In this document: positions 10,551 to 24,672 of the stretch, piece after piece | Layout of the letters: every line of letters begins with the position of its first letter | Numbering within the stretch: position 1 is the first letter of the stretch | Assembly (NCBI RefSeq): GCF_006345805.1 | Contig: NC_042999.1 | Coordinates: 33,170,001 to 33,234,000, forward strand | Length of the DNA: 64,000 bases | DNA from: Octopus sinensis | Taxonomy: Eukaryota | Reading direction: 5' to 3' | Notes under the pieces: model-generated | Database searches by the model: none | What the model was told of the DNA's origin: nothing | The model's input: the letters and a program-made list of their open reading frames with translations, nothing else | Made by a program: the position numbers and the translations under genes

Positions 10551-13500
10551 TTGGATGACCAGAGAGAGGACAGTACTCATTATGACTGATAAGAGCATGG
10601 ATAATACAGATTCCTTAATACAGCCTGTAAGACTCTCCAGATATAGGCATGGAATTTGACGTAGATAAGTGTGGAATATTAATCATAAGAATGGGACAAG
10701 TAGTCAAAAGCGACGGCTTCCAGTTACCAGATGTCGTTCTCCCTTCTCGTTCCTCAAAAAGACTCTCCTATTCTATCGAAATAATCTGTTCTGCTCCAAA
10801 CATTGGCTTAAAGTATCATAGTGAAACACAGAAATATATGATGGAAGCCAGGAAATTCAAATGCAGAATAGGCAAGCAATGAAAAGTGTTGAGAAAGTAC
10901 AGTGATGAGGGTATTTAGGAATGATGGAAGCAGATGAAATAAAACATGAAGAAATCAAGCAAGTTAAAAGTAAAGAGTATACAAGGTGAGTGAGAAAGTA
11001 TGACAAAGTTCAACTTAAGAAATGTTATTGAAGCAACACATGCAAGGATTATCAGGCAGGCATGGATCTGGAATTGGAGATTAGACCAGAACAGACTTCC
11101 GAAACTTCACGGAAAAGCTAAGCTTTAACTTAGTATTGAGCCTACCATACAAACGCTGATATTTATTTGTTGTACTAAAAGAGAGACCAGGGTGGAAGAA
11201 AGTTAATTGCTAGGTACACATGTGTACAGGAAGGAAGAAAAGTCCAACTAGAATATTTACTGTACAGGGCAGAGAAATAAGTAAATATATAGACAACGAA
11301 TAAAAATAGGTGGTCAAAAATAGGCGAAGTAGTGACTGTGTGGTAAGTAGCTTGCTTACCAACCACATGGTTGCCACAAAATTCCTGCCATATAAGCTCC
11401 ACGAAAGGAAGAAAGATGAAGAGAAAATAGGGAATTTCATCAAGATAACACCGGTATCAACAATCTGGAAGTTATTAATGATAGTTCCCGACCACAGAGT
11501 CCTCCGTAACAGACTAAATAGTTCTTTCTTGTCGGCGCCCAGAGTCTCCCCGAAAATGACGTCGCACTTCCTCGCCACGAATCAAGCGGAACAATCCACT
11601 GACCCCGTTGCCTGACTGGTAGAAGGTTGTGGGCGCCGGACGACATTCTAGGTGCTATGTGTCCATTTTGATCTCTTCACGCAGGACTGCAGCTCTGACA
11701 CGGAAACGTGCTGCGGATCCCACATACGCTAACAGTCCAGAAATCGTTGCAGATGGCGTGACCTAAGAACGTGCCAGCGTATTGTGAGCAATTGAGAGCC
11801 ATTCCCCACTGAGAGGATGCTGGCAACACACTGACCTCCTGGCCATTGGATCGCGTCCCTTCTCTGGTGTTGTTTGTTCTGATATAATTCAGTATATCAT
11901 TGAAATTTTTCGTTTCTTGGTTCAACTTCCAACGATCAACTTTTTGAAGGTTGCAAATAATGTCGCTATTATTCTCCTGTAGTTTTGCCTTTATTCTGTC
12001 GTAGATTGCATTTTGTTCATCTGTCATGTCACCATTAGATTTATTGTCTCCTTTAGACCATCTATACGTCTCTCATCAAGTAAGCTACCACTGTCCTTTC
12101 TGTCCTATGAGATTGCTTTTATTAATAAGAACTGTATTTTCATTGTTATCTCTGCTGCTATTTTCTAAGACCTGTGTTTCGGTAGCGTTGAGATCTACTT
12201 CTGTGAACCAACGATTTTCTCTTATTGTTCTAGCTTGATCATACAGACTTGTTCCGTGAGTGGGAACGATCATTTTTCCCTCCAATGCTCATAAATACGT
12301 TGTCGGTAACTCCTAATTTGAGCACCATTTTCATCCACCGTGTTTCTCAGGTAGTAACACTCCATGATCACAGCGTTAATTTACTTGCTCCATCTACGCC
12401 GTGTGTGTGGGTCCCTTTCTGGATATCGGCAGGCTGGAGCCGGACCGGAATCGCTGAGCCTGACAGGTGCAACACTGTCACCATCAGGGGATCCTGTTTC
12501 GTTACCACCGTTATTCACAATATTTTGTTTATTCATTATATTAGGTAGCGATTATCAGGTTGCGCAATTATCAGTGATTTTACCTTTATTCTCTCGAGAA
12601 ATGACGACGCCGTGGTGATCTCATTCTCGCTCACAACATCATAAGCGGGACGTGTAACCTATCGAAAGAGCTGTTCTTCACTCCTGCTCCTGAGCGTCGA
12701 CTGCGGGGTCACTCCGACAAGCCCTATATACGACGATATCATCTCAATCGAAGGAGAACGGCTTTCTCCGTCCGGGTTGCGGATCCGTGGAATAAGCTGC
12801 CGGACGAGATAGTCAAGATGCCGACGACCGCTCGGTTCAAATTCTCTCTTGACCAGAAATGGCCTGATCTCTTTGTATGAACACCCTCCCTGTACATAAC
12901 TCCCTGTCCCCCTACATGGCCTTGCTTTTGCTTTTTGAGCCAAAAAATACAATTGAATTAACATTGTGACACCATCACTAGACGTATCATTAACCAGGAC
13001 ACGAGGGCACTACAACTGCTCCTTTTATTTTATCATTATTATTATTATTATCATCATGAACATCATCATCATCATCCCTGATATCAATATTATTATTGTT
13101 TCGGCCTCAGATTCTTGTGCTATCAGAATAATAGTAGTTGTAATATTTGTAGTTTTAGCAGTTGCAGCATATTATCATTCTTTTATTTTTACCATTGTCA
13201 CCATAACCACCACTACTATTGTTATTATCATTATTACTATTTCCATTTATTACTAAAAAGATATTGATAAATGTTCTTTGTTTTCAACTTTTGTCTTGTA
13301 CTTGAGAAAATCATAAATATGAGGTTGTTGAAAGAAATAGATGGGAGCGGGGAGTTGCCGTTTGGTGAATAGATCAAATCCTACAGGTCTATAAATAGAT
13401 TCAGCAGCTGGTGTCGAGGTCAGCCATAGAGAGTGGGTCAACAGAGGTCAAATTTGTTTACTACTACCAGCGCTGCCTTTCGCCTTGAGAAGAAGCAATC

Positions 13501-13832
13501 CAACCTGTTCTATTTGTAATTACTGTTAGAGAATACAATAAAATATTTATATACTGATATTCACGTTGCTGAATTGTTGAATTTCTGAATTCAGGTGTGT
13601 TGTAATAATATAAGTTATGTTTACATATGAGGGTAGTCAGGGATACGTTTCATGCAACATTTAATATATCAAAGTTTTAAAGTTTTCTTGAGATGTTCGT
13701 TTGTCTTTCCATTTGGATAATACAGTAGTGATTTTGCAATTGGATGTTTACATTTTTGAATACTGAGGGAGTAAGGCAAGGATAGGTATTCACAGAAGTT
13801 GTAGACATTAAAGTTTTGTTGTATTATTATTA

Positions 13833-13867
<35 letters not shown>

Positions 13868-13953
13868 GTTGTTGTTGTTGTTGTTGTTGTTGTTATTATG
13901 ATCATTATTTTTATTTTTATTATTTTTATTATTATTATTATTATTATTATTAA

Positions 13954-14007
<54 letters not shown>

Positions 14008-14713
14008 GTTTGTGCTTACGAAAGCGTTACAAATGGGGTGAGAGTCGGACAGAGGGAGAGAGAGAGAAGGAATAATGTGCAGTGAGATGCATCGACATTC
14101 AACGTGGGAACGAAAAAAGTATATAGAAATTCATATTGGATATAGTATAGCTGAGATGAAGTTTTAGAAAAACAATAGAAAGCTATTTATAAATAACTAA
14201 GGATTCGCGTGCGCGCAAGAGAGAGAAGGAAATAAAGAGTGAGTGAGAGAGAGACTGGGTGAGAGACGAGAAAAGGAAATAGAATGTTAATTTCGATGGA
14301 TTAGTAATTTTCAGTAGTAGGCATGTTACCTATTTCTTTACTACCCACAAGGGGCTAAACACAGAAGGGACAAACAAGGACAGAGAAACGGATTAAGTCG
14401 ATTATATCGACACCAGTGCGTAACTGATACTTATTTAATCGACCCCGAAAGGATGAAAGGCAAAGTCGACCTCGGCGGAATTTGAACTCAGAACTTAACG
14501 GCAGACGAAATACTGCTAAGCATTTCGCCCGGCGTGCTAACAGTTCTGCCAGCTCAGTAGGCATGTTACCTTTGTTTGAGGACATACATTAGCCGCATAC
14601 TTCGAAATTATCGAGGTATAACATTTCAGTGATGGAGAATGGGTAGATTATGAGAATGTATGCAAGTGTTTGGGATAGATATGCGTTTCATCAAGGAAAA
14701 TGTTAGTGATAAT

Positions 14714-17381
14714 TTTTTTTTAAAGCATGACTCATCGTAGATATTTTTAGAGAGTTACTTCCCTTATATAATAGCCAAAAAATGCATTAAAATGGAAAAA
14801 AATTATGGTAATTTTTTTTTTATCGTAGACTCATCGTAGACGCGCGCTAATACCCAGAAGGGCTCGATATGAATCACGACTATAAGATACCCGGTTTTGG
14901 TTAAACTGCACCGCAAAATGTGGGAGTAGTTAGGAATCTAAATCGTAGAAGACAGAATCACAACCTCTCTTTTATATATAAAGATTTACAGTATCTAATA
15001 GAAATGGAACTTCCACGATAAACCTGAACTCCAGTAAAACCATCTATTTATGATATAGGTGCACACTTCTACAAACATGCAAGGGGAATTGTTTTATAAC
15101 GTAAATATAAAATTAATGCAAAGAATTTTCCCATTTCAGGGTTATGATACTATCGGAGTATTTTCTCAATGTGCTCCGTTTTGGCTATATTAAATTACAA
15201 GCAATCACGCACGCAAACAAGCACACAAACCATGCTGGCAAAACTAAAGATCTGTACCCAATCTGTTGCCTCATAACTTCCATAAACATGGATATTTTAA
15301 CGAAATTTTCAACAGATACTGTTTGGATGCTATGGATTCAGAATATGTAGGGGTATATAGGAACGAATTTTCTCAAGGAGTTTTGTAAAAGTCACACGAT
15401 CCGCTTTTTTCTCCCATAACTTTCATAAGCTGGATATATATTAATGAAATTTTATGCAAATACCTTTCAAACGGCATAGATTACCCGTATAAGGAAATAT
15501 GCGAAAAGAAATGTCTTCCGAGGTGGTGGGGAGAGAAGTTTCGAAAAAACAGTGTTTCGTATCAGCAAGACAAAATAAGTTGAAACTACTCCGTTTTGAC
15601 GGGGATTTACAGGAAACGATGTGGGCCGGGACCTTTTTTTATGAAAAAAGTTTTTAAAATTTTCTTTGTACAGCACCCCCTCTTCATCCCAGTATGGACG
15701 GAATTTGACCATTTTTTTCTTTTTCTTTTTTGCTTTTGCATTTTAAAACCATTTTTATTTTTTATTTTAATATTTTCAGGGGAAAAGTCAGTGGTGTAAG
15801 GGAGATTTTGTAGTTGTTTCTTGCACGCCCCAATACAATCCTCCTCGTTTCAGTCTCACTCTTGAATGTGTTGATGTTTGTCAATATTTGATCTCCCCAT
15901 AAATCCCTTTATATGCCATAAAAATATCTGAAAAATTTAATCTTTTTGCAAACACACTCCGTGCTCCGATTGTTTCTGCTTATAAATCAAAATTTGGGAG
16001 ATCCTGAGAAGGTCGTTGCTGGCATTTATCCCCAGTGCTACGTAAACGATAATTCGTTTTAATAGCATATTTTCCGTGAGAAAATGTAATTGTTTTTTTT
16101 TCTGTACGCACACACGTCATTACATGATTGAGGTGGGGGTAAAAATTCAAATTACAACGGACCACACGTGCGTATCTTCGGTATCGTCATTTCATAAATG
16201 TGTTTAATGGGAGAAAACTATTGAGAAATCATCAATACATGTGAGAGGAAGAAACGAGGGTGGTTTGAGATGGGCTAGAAACAACAGCGAAATCTCCCTT
16301 GGATCATACACACTGTCCTATGAAAATATTTACAACATCTTTTTCATCGAAAATGCTCTTCCCATGGTTTTCAAGTTAATAGAAAATATTGGCCAAAATC
16401 CGTCCGGAGTGGGATGGTGAAGAATTTTAAAAATTTTCACAGAAAGATGCCGCCAAAACCAAAATCATTACGGATGCTGTTGTGAATTAAAATCAATGGG
16501 GAAAACTCCATTGTTTTTATTTTACAACAGAGTAGTTTCAAATTATTTGGTCTTCCTGATACGTAACTCAAATTTTTCTAAATTCCTCTCCACTCCCACT
16601 CCTAAAAATTGTCCCTATACATTTCTTTACAATCGTAATCAATGTCGTTTGAAAAGTATTTCTATAAAATTCCATTAACAGAAATCCATTTTCCTGAAAG
16701 TTATGAGAAAAAATTGGTTCATGTGAATTTTCCGAAACTACTTTCCACCACCCCCATCAGAAAATTATTTCCCATAAAGCCCTATAGATACTGAATCCAC
16801 AGCGGTATTTATTGAAAGTTTCATTAAAAAGTATCCATCTTTTTCTGGAAATTATGAGGCAATAAAACAGTGGTCTATACATCTGTAGATATACCAACAA
16901 AGCTATCCAGAGTTCACCGTAAAGGGCAATAACTCTAGGTTTTACAGCATAAATTTACGGAAATAAACCCCCCCCCAACAAACGCGTATCTTGAGAATCG
17001 ATTTACGTGAAACATGTTTTATTCCGTTTGTATTCGTATATCAGGAGTACCAGTTACGCACTGGGGTCGATGTAATCGACTTAATCCGTTTGTCTGTCCT
17101 TGTTTGTCCCCTCTGTGTTTAGTAAAGAAATAGGTATTTCGTCTGCCGCTACGTTCTGAGATGAAATTCCGCCGAGGTCGACATTGCCTTTCATCCTTTC
17201 GGGGTCGATAAATAAAGTACCAGTTACGCACTGGGGTCGATGTAATCGACTTAATCCCTTTGTCTGTCCTTGTTTGTCCCCTCTGTGTTTAGCCCCTTGT
17301 GGGCAGTAAAGAAATATATATATATGCGTGTGTGTGGTGTGTGTGTGGTGTGTATGTATGCACAATAGGTACACATACATA

Positions 17382-17441
<60 letters not shown>

Positions 17442-17977
17442 ATATATATTATATATATACGGCGGTTTCCTTTCATGATCCATATAACAATGCACTCAGA
17501 AGTCGTCGGTCAGTCTGGAGCTTAAATACAAGATTCTTGCTTAAGGTGTCACGCAATCGGATTGTAATATTTGGGATGAATCAGTATATAATATGATAGA
17601 TGCAATATGGTTAAAGGAAGTGGGGGAAGAAATAATGAGAAGCAGCCAGATCTAAAACTAACTAGTACATTAATTAGTAAAATTTTAAGGAAAAATACCG
17701 AGGACCAGATTTAGATCAAGGGTACTGGCTAACGAAATTTGGTACTTTCCATGGGAGGCTGAAGGTACAATTTCAGGGCTGCCTTCATGGTAAAATGATA
17801 CCAGATTGGCGCAGGAGTGGCTGTTTGTTAAGTAGCTTGCTAACCAACCACATGGTTCCGGGTTCAGTCCCACTGCGTGGCACCTTGGGCAGGTGTCTTC
17901 TGCTATAGCCCCGGGCCGACCAATGCCTTGTGAGTGGATTTGGTAGACGGAAACTGAAAGAGGCCTGTCGTATATAC

Positions 17978-18035
<58 letters not shown>

Positions 18036-21000
18036 ATATATATGTATGTGTGTGTGTTTGTGTGTCTGTGTTTGTACCCCTAGCATTGCTTGACAACCGA
18101 TGCTGGTGTGTTTACGTCGCCGTCAATTAGCGGTTCGGCAAATAGACCGATTAATAAGTACTGGGCTTCAAAGAATAAGTCCCGGGTCGATTTGCTCGAC
18201 TAAGGCGGTGCTCCAGCATGGCCGCAGTCAAATGACTGAAACATGTAAAAGAGTAAAAGTAAAAGAGATTGGATGACCAGAGAGAGGACAGTACTCATTA
18301 TGACTGATAGAGCATGGATATACAGATTCCTTAATACAGCCTGTAAGACTCTCCAGATATAGGCATGGAATTTGACGTAGATAAGTGTGGAATATTAATC
18401 ATAAGAATGGGACAAGTAGTCAAAAGCGACGGCTTCCAGTTACCAGATGTCGTTCTCCCTTCTCGTTCCTCAAAAAGACTCTCCTATTCTATCGAAATAA
18501 TCTGTTCTGCTCCAAACATTGGCTTAAAGTATCATAGTGAAACACAGAAATATATGATGGAAGCCAGGAAATTCAAATGCAGAATAGGCAAGCAATGAAA
18601 AGTGTTGAGAAAGTACAGTGATGAGGGTATTTAGGAATGATGGAAGCAGATGAAATAAAACATGAAGAAATCAAGCAAGTTAAAAGTAAAGAGTATACAA
18701 GGTGAGTGAGAAAGTATGACAAAGTTCAACTTAAGAAATGTTATTGAAGCAACACATGCAAGGATTATCAGGCAGGCATGGATCTGGAATTGGAGATTAG
18801 ACCAGAACAGACTTCCGAAACTTCACGGAAAAGCTAAGCTTTAACTTAGTATTGAGCCTACCATACAAACGCTGATATTTATTTGTTGTACTAAAAGAGA
18901 GACCAGGGTGGAAGAAAGTTATTGCTAGGTACACATGTGTACAGGAAGGAAGAAAAGTCCAACTAGAATATTTACTGTACAGGGCAGAGAAATAAGTAAA
19001 TATATAGACAACGAATAAAAATAGGTGGTCAAAAATAGGCGAAGTAGTGACTGTGTGGTAAGTAGCTTGCTTACCAACCACATGGTTGCCACAAAATTCC
19101 TGCCATATAAGCTCCACGAAAGGAAGAAAGATGAAGAGAAAATAGGGAATTTCATCAAGATAACAACGGTATCAACAATCTGGAAGTTATTAATGATAGT
19201 TCCCGACCACAGAGTCCTCCGTAACAGACTAAATAGTTCTTTCTTGTCGGCGCCCAGAGTTCTCCCCGAAAATGACGTCGCACTTCCTCGCCACGAATCA
19301 AGCGGAACAATCCACTGACCCCGTTGCCTGACTGGTAGAAGGTTGTGGGCGCCGGACGACATTCTAGGTGCTATGTGTCCATTTTGATCTCTTCACGCAG
19401 GACTGCAGCTCTGACACGGAAACGTGCTGCGGATCCCACATACGCTAACAGTCCAGAAATCGTTGCAGATGGCGTGACCTAAGAACGTGCCAGCGTATTG
19501 TGAGCAATTGAGAGCCATTCCCCACTGAGAGGATGCTGGCAACACACTGACCTCCTGGCCATTGGATCGCGTCCCTTCTCTGGTGTTGTTTGTTCTGATA
19601 TAATTCAGTATATCATTGAAATTTTTCGTTTCTTGGTTCAACTTCCAACGATCAACTTTTTGAAGGTTGCAAATAATGTCGCTATTATTCTCCTGTAGTT
19701 TTGCCTTTATTCTGTCGTAGATTGCATTTTGTTCATCTGTCATGTCACCATTAGATTTATTGTCTCCTTTTAGACCATCTATACGTCTCTCATCAAGTAA
19801 GCTACCACTGTTCCTTTCTGTCCTATGAGATTGCTTTTATTAATAAGAACTGTATTTTCATTGTTATCTCTGCTGCTATTTTCTAAGACCTGTGTTTCGG
19901 TAGCGTTGAGATCTACTTCTGTGAACCAACGATTTTCTCTTATTGTTCTAGCTTGATCATACAGACTTGTTCCGTGAGTGGGAACGATCATTTTTCCCTC
20001 CAATGCTCATAAATACGTTGTCGGTAACTCCTAATTTGAGCACCATTTTCATCCACCGTGTTTCTCAGGTAGTAACACTCCATGATCACAGCGTTAATTT
20101 ACTTGCTCCATCTACGCCGTGTGTGTGGGTCCCTTTCTGGATATCGGCAGGCTGGAGCCGGACCGGAATCGCTGAGCCTGACAGGTGCAACACTGTCACC
20201 ATCAGGGGATCCTGTTTCGTTACCACCGTTATTCACAATATTTTGTTTATTCATTATATTAGGTAGCGATTATCAGGTTGCGCAATTATCAGTGATTTTA
20301 CCTTTATTCTCTCGAGAAATGACGACGCCGTGGTGATCTCATTCTCGCTCACAACATCATAAGCGGGACGTGTAACCTATCGAAAGAGCTGTTCTTCACT
20401 CCTGCTCCTGAGCGTCGACTGCGGGGTCACTCCGACAAGCCCTATATACGACGATATCATCTCAATCGAAGGAGAACGGCTTTCTCCGTCCGGGTTGCGG
20501 ATCCGTGGAATAAGCTGCCGGACGAGATAGTCAAGATGCCGACGACCGCTCGGTTCAAATTCTCTCTTGACCAGAAATGGCCTGATCTCTTTGTATGAAC
20601 ACCCTCCCTGTACATAACTCCCTGTCCCCACATGGCCTTGCTTTTGCTTTTTGAGCCAAAAATACAATTGAATTAACATTGTGACACCATCACTAGACGT
20701 ATCATTAACCAGGACACGAGGGCACTACAACTGCTCCTTTTATTTTATCATTATTATTATTATTATCATCATGAACATCATCATCATCATCCCTGATATC
20801 AATATTATTATTGTTTCGGCCTCAGATTCTTGTGCTATCAGAATAATAGTAGTTGTAATATTTGTAGTTTTATCAGTTGCAGCTTATTATCATTCTTTTA
20901 TTTTTACCAATGTCACCATAACCACCACTACTACTATTATTATCATTATTACTATTTCCATTTATTACTAAAAAGATTTTGTTAAATGTTCTTTGTTTTC

Positions 21001-21240
21001 AACTTTTGCCTTGTACTTGAGAAAATCATAAATATGAGGTTGTTGAAAGAAATAGATGGGAATACTGAGGGAGTAAGGCAAGGATAGGTATTCACAGCAG
21101 TTTTAGACATTAAAGTTTTGTTGTATTATTATTATTGTTATTATTATTATTATTATTATTATTAATATTGTTGTTGTTGTTGTTGTTGTTATTATGATTA
21201 TTATTTTTATTTTTATTATTATTATTATTATTATTATTAA

Positions 21241-21276
<36 letters not shown>

Positions 21277-22000
21277 CATTATTATTATTATTACGTTTGT
21301 GCTTACGAAAGCGTTACAAATGGGGTGAGAGTCGGACAGAGGGAGAGAGAGAGAAGGAATAATGTGCAGTGAGATGCATCGACATTCAACGTGGGAACGA
21401 AAATAGTATATAGAAATTCATATTGGATATAGTATAGCTGAGATGAAGTTTTAGAAAAACAATAGAAAGCTATTTATAAATAACTAAGGATTCGCGTGCG
21501 CGCAAGAGAGAGAAGGAAATAAAGAGTGAGTGAGAGAGAGACTGGGTGAGAGACGAGAAAAGGAAATAGAATGTTAATTTCGATGGATTAGTAATTTTCG
21601 GTAGTAGGCATTTTACCTATTTCTTTACTACCCACAAGGGGCTAAACACAGAAGGGACAAACAAGGACAGAGAAACGGATTAAGTCGATTATATCGACAC
21701 CAGTGCGTAACTGATACTTATTTAATCGACCCCGAAAGGATGAAAGGCAAAGTCGACCTCGGCGGAATTTGAACTCAGAACTTAACGGCAGACGAAATAC
21801 TGCTAAGCATTTCGCCCGGCGTGCTAACAGTTCTGCCAGCTCAGTAGGCATGTTACCTTTGTTTGAGGACATACATTAGCCGCATACTTCGAAATTATCG
21901 AGGTATAACATTTCAGTGATGGAGAATGGGTAGATTATGAGAATGTATGCAAGTGTTTGGGATAGATGTGCGTTTCATCAAGGAAAATGTTAGTGATAAT
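14714..22000. repeat. Tandem segmental duplication, copy C (~7.3 kb, with a ~410-bp internal deletion)
   Basis: Same start as copy B. Ends at ...gttagtgataat (22000), after which unique sequence begins (gtcagagaaa). The deletion is at 21060 (aatagatggg|aatactgagg). Confidence 0.95.
17808..18268 (+). mobile_element. SINE family B
   Basis: Duplicate of 2395-2800. Confidence 0.9.
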
Positions 22001-22379
22001 GTCAGAGAAACTATTTTTGCCGGTTTGGGAGTGAGTGTCAGTAGGTTTACACCACGTAGTATTGTATACATGGTGGTGTGCCTGCTTGATATAAAACATG
22101 AATATTCTTCATTTTGAAGACGATCAATGAATTGTATGCAGAGTGAAATTACACGCAGATTATAGAGCAAATGGGTGACTCATGTTTATAAGTTCCTGAT
22201 TAAAACAAATCACCGTGCTTGGGAAGAAAAATCGAAATAAAACCCATAGTGAAAGACAGAAAAAAGAAAGAATTAGAGAAAGACAGACACAAATATTCAC
22301 TCACATCTTCACTCAGGCTCACCTAGTCACACACTCACACTCACACACACACAGTTATATACCTACATACTTACATGCT

Positions 22380-22420
<41 letters not shown>

Positions 22421-22538
22421 GTATAAATATATACATATACATGTGTGCTTACAAGTATGTATATATTTACTTATACGCACAGAGTCTGAATGAGAAGGAA
22501 AAAGGAAAGAAAAGATCAGTGAGCGAGAATAAAATTTA

Positions 22539-22591
22539 CCACGTGACATTTACTATATTTTGCGACATAAGCGATATAATGACGTCATTAT
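22539..22591 (+). promoter_or_regulatory. Putative proximal promoter: E-box (CCACGTGAC) plus a full CRE (TGACGTCA) inside a 16-bp perfect palindrome
   Basis: CACGTG at 22540-22545 and ATAATGACGTCATTAT at 22576-22591, ~50-100 bp upstream of the ATG at 22643. Confidence 0.45.
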
Positions 22592-22642
22592 CTTCAAAAG
22601 TATTAGAAGCATTATAAGTATTTCATATAGCAATTACAAGTT

Positions 22643-23665
22643 ATGTTTTGTACATATTTCAGATTTCTCCTAATTCTTTTGATTGTGAAATATGTATCAG
22701 CAAACATGTGTAGGGCAGGGAAAAAGAATACCCACAAACCATACCATAATCATGAAGAACTACGTTTTGATTCCAAGGAACCGGCAAAAAACAGATTCGC
22801 TCGATATGCAAACGGAGGACCAAAACAGCCGTTTGAAATTGTTAGATCTGAAGCAAAATCGTTGGCACCTAATAACCCTGTAATTATATTTGAATTAGAA
22901 TTAAAGAACAATATACAGAAATCCATTTTTCTAACGATAAAATCCAAATGTTGCGCTAAAAAGTTTCAAATGGCAGCTGAGAAAGTAAGTCAAATGGATC
23001 ACTGTATTTCTATTGTTTTAATCGGGAAACGTAAATACAAAATAAATGCACAAGAAACTACAACTATAACTCTGTTATATGCTAGTGTTAATTTATTGCT
23101 ACAGAATTATCAGTTCAAAGGTCGTTGTAAGTTTGATATTATAAGCGAGAAAGCAGGAGCAGTGATATCCTGTATGCTTCCGTTTAAAACAAGATCTATA
23201 TCTAAGGAAGACGAGCCAGCTACCCTTGATAGTTCAGCGGACTCAGGTTATAAGCTCCAGCATTCGGGTCGCAAATATACAGGTTGGATATGCAACAATG
23301 ACAATTGCTTGCCAATTGACTGTGCCCAAGCTACAAGTAGTAAGATGAATTTCTTTGATGGTGAGACTGGGGAATGTATTAGAGCTCCTGCTTGCGCTGC
23401 TAATAATACATTTTTCAACATTATGAAGAAACAGTGTCAAAACTATAGATTTAGCGCAATACAAAATCTGAAAGATGATCGAAATTTTCCCCATAAAGCG
23501 CTGCACGAAACTAAATCACCATATGTTGACTTGGAAAGAATTCAAGCAGGGAATCTTGAGTACGCTAGTTGCAGTAGCATGTGTCGATCAGCTAAGAGGT
23601 ACACGAAAATTCCGTCGACAATTATACCTATGTTCGACCGTTGCGCACAAGAATCTGGTTGTTAA
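22643..23665 (+). CDS. Intronless 340-aa putative secreted cysteine-rich protein of unknown function
   Basis: By far the longest ORF, uninterrupted in AT-rich DNA and not low-complexity. It has an N-terminal hydrophobic signal-like segment (FRFLLILLIVKYVSA), 17 Cys and no transposon motifs. Candidate polyA signals are ATTAAA (~23732, ~23791) and AATAAA (~24221). Confidence 0.8.
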   Translation: MFCTYFRFLLILLIVKYVSANMCRAGKKNTHKPYHNHEELRFDSKEPAKNRFARYANGGPKQPFEIVRSEAKSLAPNNPVIIFELELKNNIQKSIFLTIKSKCCAKKFQMAAEKVSQMDHCISIVLIGKRKYKINAQETTTITLLYASVNLLLQNYQFKGRCKFDIISEKAGAVISCMLPFKTRSISKEDEPATLDSSADSGYKLQHSGRKYTGWICNNDNCLPIDCAQATSSKMNFFDGETGECIRAPACAANNTFFNIMKKQCQNYRFSAIQNLKDDRNFPHKALHETKSPYVDLERIQAGNLEYASCSSMCRSAKRYTKIPSTIIPMFDRCAQESGC

Positions 23666-24612
23666 AATATACTCGATATTGTTACCACCATGGAAACCAA
23701 TTTCTCAAAAAAAGAATTTCAGATATATTCAATTAAAACATTGATAAAATGCATTCAATTTTGATATAAAAAGAAGTATTTTACGATTATATTAAAGTGA
23801 AATAAGTAATTATTTATTTATTTCGCTAGAACAGAACTTAAATTGGAGATACATAGTCGAAAGTAGGAAATTGTTTTACGCTTTAAAATTGCTTATCAAT
23901 CAATTTCCGCTGCCTTCAAAGAGACTGCAATGAGTTATTTACGTTCGGCGTTAGCGAATTTTGAAGCTCTCTCTCCTTACATGTATAAAACTGAAATATT
24001 GTGTTTGTGATAAACTAGAATACAAGTGTTAAGACACACTGCCCAACGATTTTCCTTCATATACACTGTTTTTCGTCTTAAAATTTGTAGGTATATTTTG
24101 CTTTATCGGATCAGAACATATACTAATGAATATATCTGAATAAATCTTTGTTTTTTTGGGGTTTTTTTGTGACGAATTATATTCTTATATATTTGTAAAA
24201 GTTTATAAAAAAATGACATCAATAAAATACATTAGAAAATTTTCATAATTTCTTCATTTGTAAGTTGTTTTTTTTAATTTGTAACAAATACATAATCGTT
24301 GAAGAAACTTCTACACTAAATTAAATTTACCCTCGTATATTTCCGATACATCATTTAGTGAAACTAATTAACAACGCCGTGATTTGAATTCAGAAACACA
24401 CGGCAACAAGATGGCGTTTGCCAATTTAGTTTTGTCATTTTATTTTCCCAAACGTTTCACACGTACACTCTTTCGGTCAATATCAATCCTAATTTCTGGC
24501 TTTTTAAATACTGACTGTTAATAGAGTGAGCAACTCCCATTCACAGAATGTTTGCAAGCACATACATACGCAGATAAATATTACAATGATCCTCTTTCTC
24601 TCTCTCTTTTTT

Positions 24613-24659
<47 letters not shown>

Positions 24660-24672
<13 letters not shown>

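Larger units (their letters stand above)
6996..14713. repeat. Tandem segmental duplication, copy B (~7.7 kb)
   Basis: Starts after ...gttagtgataat (6995) in truncated Helitron sequence and ends at the same motif (14713). Confidence 0.95.
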
